A stretch of DNA of 64,000 nucleotides from Lama guanicoe (taxonomy: Eukaryota): positions 1,364,001 through 1,428,000 of the forward strand of contig MU053881.1 in assembly GCA_013239625.1 (NCBI GenBank), read 5' to 3'. Shown here one piece after another: positions 58,827 through 64,000 of this stretch (its first letter is position 1; each line of letters starts with the position of its first letter). The notes below the pieces were generated by a model. It saw only the letters and a program-made list of their open reading frames with translations, ran no database searches and had not been told where the DNA came from. A program made the position numbers and the translations under genes.

Positions 58827-59283
58827 TGTTACCGAAGGCAAGTTCGTGTGCCCTCTGCACCATGAGGCCAAACTGAAATGGTGGAGTTTGGAGCAGAGAA
58901 AGGTTTATTGCAGGGCCCGGCAAGGGCGATGGGGTGGCTCACGCTCAAGAAAACCCTGAACTCCCCAAAGGGTTTCAGCAAAGTGTATGTAAAGGCCAGG
59001 TGAGAGAGGGGGGTCACGGGGTATGTGATCAGCTCGTGCACGATCACGATGTTGAGGCAACTGGGCAGCAACACTGTCACCCCCCAGGCACCAGGTCTGG
59101 GGGCCACATGCTCTTGACCACCAAGTAGTTAATTTCTTCCCTTTGCCGGTGATATTAAGCATCTGAAAAACTCAGGAAATATACATGAGATACTACTATC
59201 CGGGTGCTGCAGAGAGGACCTGCAGCAGAGGACAGGGGAGGGGTCTGACCCTGGAAGGCCCCCCGGGGTCCCGCTCGGTTACG
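58827..59283 (-). mobile_element. Solo ERV1-type LTR (~457 bp)
   Basis: Imperfect inverted ends tgttaccga ... tcggttacg; 4-bp flanks aaac/gaac; AATAAA on the minus strand at 58909-58904. Confidence 0.65.
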
Positions 59284-60857
59284 GAACCACTTCATCTGGT
59301 CCAGAAACCAAGCTCACTGATGGGTTAGCATCTCCGGGTTAGGAGATGCCCTGAGATTTGTGAAAAGGTGGACCTCGATGTGAAAATTCAGTCTCTGGGG
59401 ACCCAGTGAGAGAGGATTTTATGGCTGAGCTTGAGTTGGCCTCTCATAGGAACCCTGAGGGTTTCATAGGATGGAAAAGGACATGACGAGTAATGACATC
59501 GTGAGCAGGTCAGGAGCTCAGGAGCTGCAGTTCAGGAGGAAAAACAAAAATTCAGGTCCACAGATGACTTTTTGGCTGATCTGCAAAACGTATGAAATGG
59601 GAACAGCTCCTCTCCTTTCCCCTCTTTCTTTCTGAGTGTTGTCGGGGTGTGAACTCATGTAAGTTATGTGGACGAGTGTCTTTTAAACTGGGAGTCCCAG
59701 CGCATTCATGAGACATGAAATCGGCTCTGTGGGCTGCAGCCCGCATTCTGAAATTCTGAGCCAGCAGAGATGGAACGAAAATGATGGGACTGGGGTTTTT
59801 GTTTCCGCGATTGTAAGGGCGACCTGGATGATGGTGTGAAACGGGCTCCTTGCGTGGGTTGCTGACCGGAAATTTGAAAATCCCAAATACAGATGATAGA
59901 TGGAGAGGGAGGAATTGGCAGTGAGGGGCGTGGAGCTCCTGAATAAACCCAAACCGGCTCCGAGTCTTGGTCAGACACTTACTGGCTGAGGGGGCCTTTC
60001 TGAGCTCATGGAGGAACTTCAGGTCCAAGCCCAGGTCCTACCCTCCCTTAGGGGCTTCTGAACCACCAGCAGAGGTGCTGAGAGCTGGGCTGACCGTGGA
60101 GGCCGAAAGGCTGGTCGGAACCCCCAGTCCCAGTGAGAGGAGGGCAGTGACTGCCCCTGCTCTCTGGAGGCCCCCAGGGGTTTGTGCTGTGCTGTCATTG
60201 TCCGAGGGCCTTGTGGCTATGGTCACACCCTCCTGGCACCTGTGATCAGTGTAGCCCCAGGGGTGCAGCAGGGTGGCATCTGCCGGGCCGCGATGTGAAG
60301 CCGTGCCCACGTCTGCTCTTTCTCTCCTGTCACCTCGAGCTGGAGGACTCCCACAAGCCCCTGAGACCAGAGCCCTTTATCAGAGCAAAGCCACAGAGGC
60401 TGGCACATTCTCCTCTGTCACAAAAAGGCACAGAGGCCTTTTTCTCCAGCACCAGAAACCTTTAACTCGTTCCCTTTCTCCCCAGCTCTGATCTGCCCTG
60501 CAGATTTCTGGAGTCTGGACACGCCGACCACCCTGTGTAGCTTGGCTCCCCGTCTGATCTGAGATACACACAGATCCCCCTGACCCACTTCCTTCCCACG
60601 GCCCCAAGGACAGTGTCACCTTTTGTCAGATCCTAGGATGCGGCAGACAGATAAGCAAGGCCAGAGAAGGGGGCGGCTCTTCTGTGTGTGTTGCCCATTG
60701 TGAAGGGGACGCTGGCGGAGCTCTGAGGCCGAGAGGAGGGCAGGCCTCGGGCTGGAAGGTCAGGATTCTTCTCTTGCCCGAGTTAGTGGTAGGAAGGCTG
60801 GCAGGGCGGGGCTTCAGGCAAGTGAGGGGCCCTTGAGCCTTGAACTCCTCTATAAAA

Positions 60858-61330
60858 CAGTGGAGTGGGTTGAATTGTGAATTTCCCAAAAGACAAGTCC
60901 CAGTGCTAACCCCTGGTGCTTGTAAGTGTGGCCTTATTTGGAGATCTCTGCAGGTGTACTTACGTTAAGGATCTTGAGATGAGGGCATCCAGGATCTAGA
61001 GGAGGCCCCCAGTCCAGTGATGAGTGTCTTTACAAGAGACAGGGTGAAAGACCTGAGACACAGAGACACCCGGAGGGGAAGGCCCTGGGAAGACGGAGGC
61101 CGAGACCAGAGGGATGCGTCTCCGTGGCCAAGAACACCCAGCACTGCCGGCAGCCTCGGAAGTGGAGGGGGCGTGGAAGGGACTCTCCCTCAGAGCTTCC
61201 AGAAAGAATCAGCCCTGCTGACACCTTGGTTTTGGACTTCTGGCCCCCAGAACTGGGAGAGAGTAGGTTTCTGTCATCTGAAGTCACCCAGTTTGTGCTC
61301 ATTTGTCGTGGCAGCCTCAGGAAGCTAAAA
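60858..61330 (+). mobile_element. MLT1C/D-like MaLR LTR
   Basis: gggttgaattgtg...gccttatttgga...cagccctgctgacaccttggttttggacttctggcccccagaactgggaga. Confidence 0.8.
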
Positions 61331-61581
61331 TGGGAACAGCAGTCACCCCGAGGACCTCGTAAGGCGGCTGAGAGACTCAGAATGTGCTGGACACAGGAGC
61401 TTCCTGCACCGCCAAGTGTGAAGCAGGGGCGCGGGGCTGCCGCCAGGAGCCCCCCGTAATGCTGCTCTTTCTCATACACCTGCCCCCCGAGAAACACTCC
61501 GCTCTTCCTTCAACAGAGAACTCCAGGCTTTACATTTATGTGACTAACCCATGTCCCGCGGAATTCCAACACCCTCGTACC

Positions 61582-61708
61582 TTCCTTCCTCCCTCCCTCC
61601 CTCTCTCTCTCTCTCTCTTCTTTCTTTCTTTCTTTTCCTTCCTTCCTTCCTTCCTTCCTTCCTTCCTTCCTTCCTTCCTTCCTTCCTTCCTTCCTTTCCT
61701 TCCTTCCT
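61582..61708. repeat. Compound (CCT/CT/TTTC/TTCC)n pyrimidine microsatellite, at the tail of a short minus-strand L1 end (~61710-61815)
   Basis: Pure C/T tract. Confidence 0.9.
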
Positions 61709-62006
61709 TTTAAATCAAACTGTAATCAGTTACAATGTGTCAATTTCCGGTGCGCAGCATAGCAGTCAGACATATACATACATGTACTCCTTTTGGTGTT
61801 CTTTTTCATTATAGCCGACACCCTCTCTTCTTACATTACTTATGTACTTGAATGCTTCAAAAAGTGTTTCAGGTTTTAAAATGTTTGTTTTTGAATAGGA
61901 AATAATATGTAATAGAAAACGATTCAAGTGCTATGAAAGGTTACACGTGAAAAATAATCTCCCTCCCCTCCAAAGGGGCCCCTGGCCATTTGCGGACGTC
62001 CTTCTG

Positions 62007-62195
62007 AGCAGGGCTCCCCAGCAGAGCTTCCTGTGACGGTGGGAGTGTCCTAGGCCCCACTAACACAGCCGCCACCACCAGCCGCATGGGCTGTTGAGCC
62101 CCTGAAAGGTGGCTAGTGCCACTGACGAACGGAATTTTGAATTTTTGTTTAACCTCAGTTTCTATCACCACTGGTGACTATGGTATTGGACAGCC
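62007..62195. mobile_element. MER3-like hAT MITE
   Basis: agagcttcctgtgacggtgggagtgtcct...gtggctagtgccactgacgaacggaattttgaatttt...gtattggacagc. Confidence 0.6.
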
Positions 62196-63189
62196 TGGTT
62201 TTTGAGGTCACTTATGTACATTTCAGCCAGTAGCTCCCCTCGTGGTTTTGCACACGGGGCATCATACTTCGTTGTCCCTGTGTTGCTGTTCGCGGTTTGC
62301 AGTTTCCCTCCGAGCTGGTCTGCATCAGCCTGCCTGTCGGAGAGCAGGTGCTGCCACCTTTGGGGTGAAAGGACGGAATCCTGTCAGGCTGTTGGGTTGT
62401 CCTGTGAGGTCGCCGGCCAGTCCCCACCCCAAGGATGTTCGGTTTGTTTTGTTTCCCACCCTGTGTTCTTACAGACCGTCCTGCAGAGAAGTCAGGGACG
62501 GAAGGAGGCCTGTTGTCTCGCCCTGTCCCCTGCCTTCCTCGTGCTTTGTACTGAAGGCTGTCATGAGCCAGGCACGGCTGCAGGGCCTGGGGTCCCGGGG
62601 CAGGAAGGACAGGAGCCCGCAGTCTGTTTGGGGAGCCCCCCCAAGAGCAGCAGTTCTGGAATGTTGCAGGAAGGGCGCTGGCAGGGGGTGGCCCTGAAGT
62701 CTGCTTGTGGGAGATGTGGGTGTGGTCGGGTCCCCACTGAGCTGTGAATGGTCCTGACGCGTGAGCATCCCAAGGGACGGGTTGGGGCCAGCACCACCCT
62801 GCAGCCTGAGAGGCCTGGATCCGACTCTTGACTCTGCTGCCAGGTGGGTGCATCCTGCACGTCCCGGAGATATGGGCCCCTCTGGTGTACAAGCTCCTTG
62901 CGTTAACTGACGCTTTTAATTACATTCATCAGACAGACAAATGGAAAAAGGAAACTTAGGAGGCCATACAGCTGGCCTGGAGAGGTCGGGGCAGAGCCAG
63001 GTTCGGGTGTGTCTGGGCTCAGGGGCTCCACCTCCACCTCTCAGCTCCTCTCTGAGCTGTTTTCAGACACTGTCTGCTTGCGGTGGGAAGGTGGCCACCA
63101 GCAGCCCGAGGGGTGGATCAGACCTTCTCAGCGAGCCCAGCGGATAGAGCTCTCCCCTTCCTTGAAGTTCTCAGCACTGGGGAGCGGGG

Positions 63190-63580
63190 AGTGTTATGGG
63201 CTGACGTGTGCCCCCTCCCCCTGCAAACTCATGCACTGAAGTCCTGTCCCCCTCCCAGTACCTCACAATGTGACTGTGTTGGAGACAGTTTCTTGGAAGA
63301 GGTATATAAGGTCAAGTGAGGCCATGGGGTGGGCCCTAATCCTCCATGCCTGGTGTCTTTGCAAGAAGAGGAGATCGGGACACAGACACACACACAGAGG
63401 GAGGGTGACGTGAAGACAGGGAAAGACGGCCATCTGCAAGCCAGTTCGAGAGGCCTCAGGAGACATCAACCCTGCTGACACCTTGATCTCTGACTTACAA
63501 CCCCCAGAACTGTGAGGAGATCGGTTTCTGTGGTTGAAGCCCCCCAGACCGCGGGACCCGTTCTGGCGGCCCGAGCAGAC
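63190..63580 (+). mobile_element. MLT1A/B-like MaLR LTR
   Basis: tgttatgggctga...gggtgggccctaatcc...gccatctgcaagcc...caaccctgctgacaccttgatctctgactt...ccagaactgtgag. Confidence 0.8.
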
Positions 63581-63711
63581 CAGTCCAGGGAGCTGTTGCT
63601 GGCGGGTGTGGAGTTTCTGTTTGGAGAGAAAGAAAAGTTCTGGAAATGGAGAGTGGGGACGGTTCTACCACGTTGTGAATGTAGTGAATGCCATGGAATT
63701 GTGCACCTTTT

Positions 63712-63875
63712 TTTGTTTAATTGAAGTGTAGTCGGTTTACAATGTTGTGTCAGTTTCTGGGGCACAGCATCATGTTTCAGTCATACGTATACATACGTAT
63801 TCCTTCTCACACTCTTTTTCGTCAGATATTGAATATAGTTGCCTGTGCCGTACAGTACAGACCTGTTGTTTATTG
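63712..63875 (-). mobile_element. Short L1 3' end
   Basis: ttgaagtgtagtcggtttacaatgttgtgtcagtttctggg...gatattgaatatagttgcctgtgccgtacagta. Confidence 0.7.
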
Positions 63876-64000
63876 GTTTTGTGAGGATTTCCTTGTATTT
63901 CCGATGTAAGAGATACTCTGCCAAAGCTCAGTAGATACTCTGTGTGATTTGTTCTGTATGTAGGTTTAGATTTTGCTGTATTTGTGGAAGAGGGTGAGCT

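Noticed and set aside
1..64000. CRISPR arrays, operons or other prokaryotic systems
   Set aside because: The sequence is clearly mammalian, and no repeat-spacer arrays were seen.

Overview
Mammalian genomic DNA, most likely a camelid: it carries four Vic-1-like tRNA-derived SINEs, and I recognised no Alu, Bov-A/BovB, PRE or Can SINEs. The + strand holds the complete 13-exon CLK4 gene. It has a CpG-island promoter near 700-1700, a non-coding exon 1 ending at 1080, and a CDS from 4122 to 20741 that I spliced by hand to 1446 nt (481 aa) with all GT-AG introns. After a repeat-rich intergenic stretch (L1 and ERV-L relics) comes the 5' end of COL23A1, with coding exon 1 at 34759-35052 and exon 2 at 57907-57973. 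There is a 93-N assembly gap at 53768-53860. The most interesting signal is a degenerate 7SK snRNA retrocopy in CLK4 intron 2 (~7557-7731). Its differences from 7SK create an acceptor and a donor defining a 59-nt cassette exon. That exon would be a poison exon after exon 2, but it also has its own ATG in frame with exon 3, giving an alternative N-terminus [18 protein letters not shown]. Other notable items are a 229-nt AG-free zone with seven TGAAT motifs upstream of the regulated CLK4 exon 4, a TSD-flanked retroposed mRNA 3' end inside an MLT1 LTR, an ERV-L integrase/dUTPase relic, and tandem CTCF-like motifs before COL23A1. Repeat subfamily names and boundaries are from recognition by eye and are approximate.
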